Origin: Macrostomum hystrix
Taxonomy: Eukaryota > Animalia > Platyhelminthes
Direction: 5' to 3'
DNA: 64,000 bases
Assembly (NCBI GenBank): GCA_950097015.1
Contig: CATNEN010000033.1
Span: 3,162,001 to 3,226,000 of the forward strand
Positions 63,810-64,000 of the stretch are shown piece by piece. Made by a program: the position numbers and the translations under genes. The notes under the pieces are model-generated. The model worked only from the letters and a program-made list of their open reading frames with translations. It had not been told where the DNA came from and did not search any database. Position 1 is the stretch's first letter; each line of letters opens with the position of its first letter.

Positions 63810-64000
63810 CGGCTACGATTCTATCTACAGCTACGATTCTATCTACGGCTACGACTCTATCTACGGCTACGACTCTATCTACGGCTACGATTCTATCTAC
63901 GGCTACGATTCTATCTACGGCTACGACTCTATCTACGGCTACGATTCTATCTACGGCTACGACTCTATCTACGGCTACGACTCTATCTACGGCTACGATT
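63810..64000. repeat. 18-bp minisatellite (ACGAYTCTATCTACGGCT)n, truncated by the window end
   Basis: About 10 copies. Confidence 0.95.

Noticed and set aside
1-64000. Tandem arrays as CRISPR arrays
   Set aside because: The units are head-to-tail with no unique spacers, there are no cas genes, and the genes are spliced and eukaryotic.

Overview
Eukaryotic (metazoan) genomic DNA, not prokaryotic. It has GC-rich exons with poly-Ala/Gln tracts, AT-rich GT-AG introns and about two dozen unrelated 13-33 bp minisatellites filling roughly a third of the window. This style suggests a free-living flatworm such as Macrostomum (inference only). I reconstructed 11 genes by hand with phase-consistent splice junctions: CFAP53, an orphan rhodopsin-family GPCR, THYN1 (5' end unresolved), a Fos/ATF3-like bZIP, a second minimal bZIP, a divergent ankyrin-TRP channel, ESCO/Eco1, SLU7, a YJR142W/NUDX20-like Nudix hydrolase, a DxD glycosyltransferase and an intronless-looking secreted prepropeptide. 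There are also two decayed gag relics, a tRNA-derived SINE and two dispersed repeat pairs. Top leads: (1) a prepropeptide with signal peptide, acidic prodomain and Arg/aromatic tail (candidate antimicrobial peptide); (2) an 89-bp block shared between the start of fos exon 2 and the neighbouring gag relic; (3) a 33-bp repeat that quadruplicates a splice acceptor inside the glycosyltransferase catalytic motif; (4) intron-specific minisatellites with units near 20 bp; (5) a TRP channel that appears to lack its pore loop; (6) a possible trans-spliced Nudix-SLU7-ESCO operon. The long repetitive ORFs in the ORF track are satellite translations. No database searches were run: family calls rest on recalled motifs, and array boundaries are approximate.
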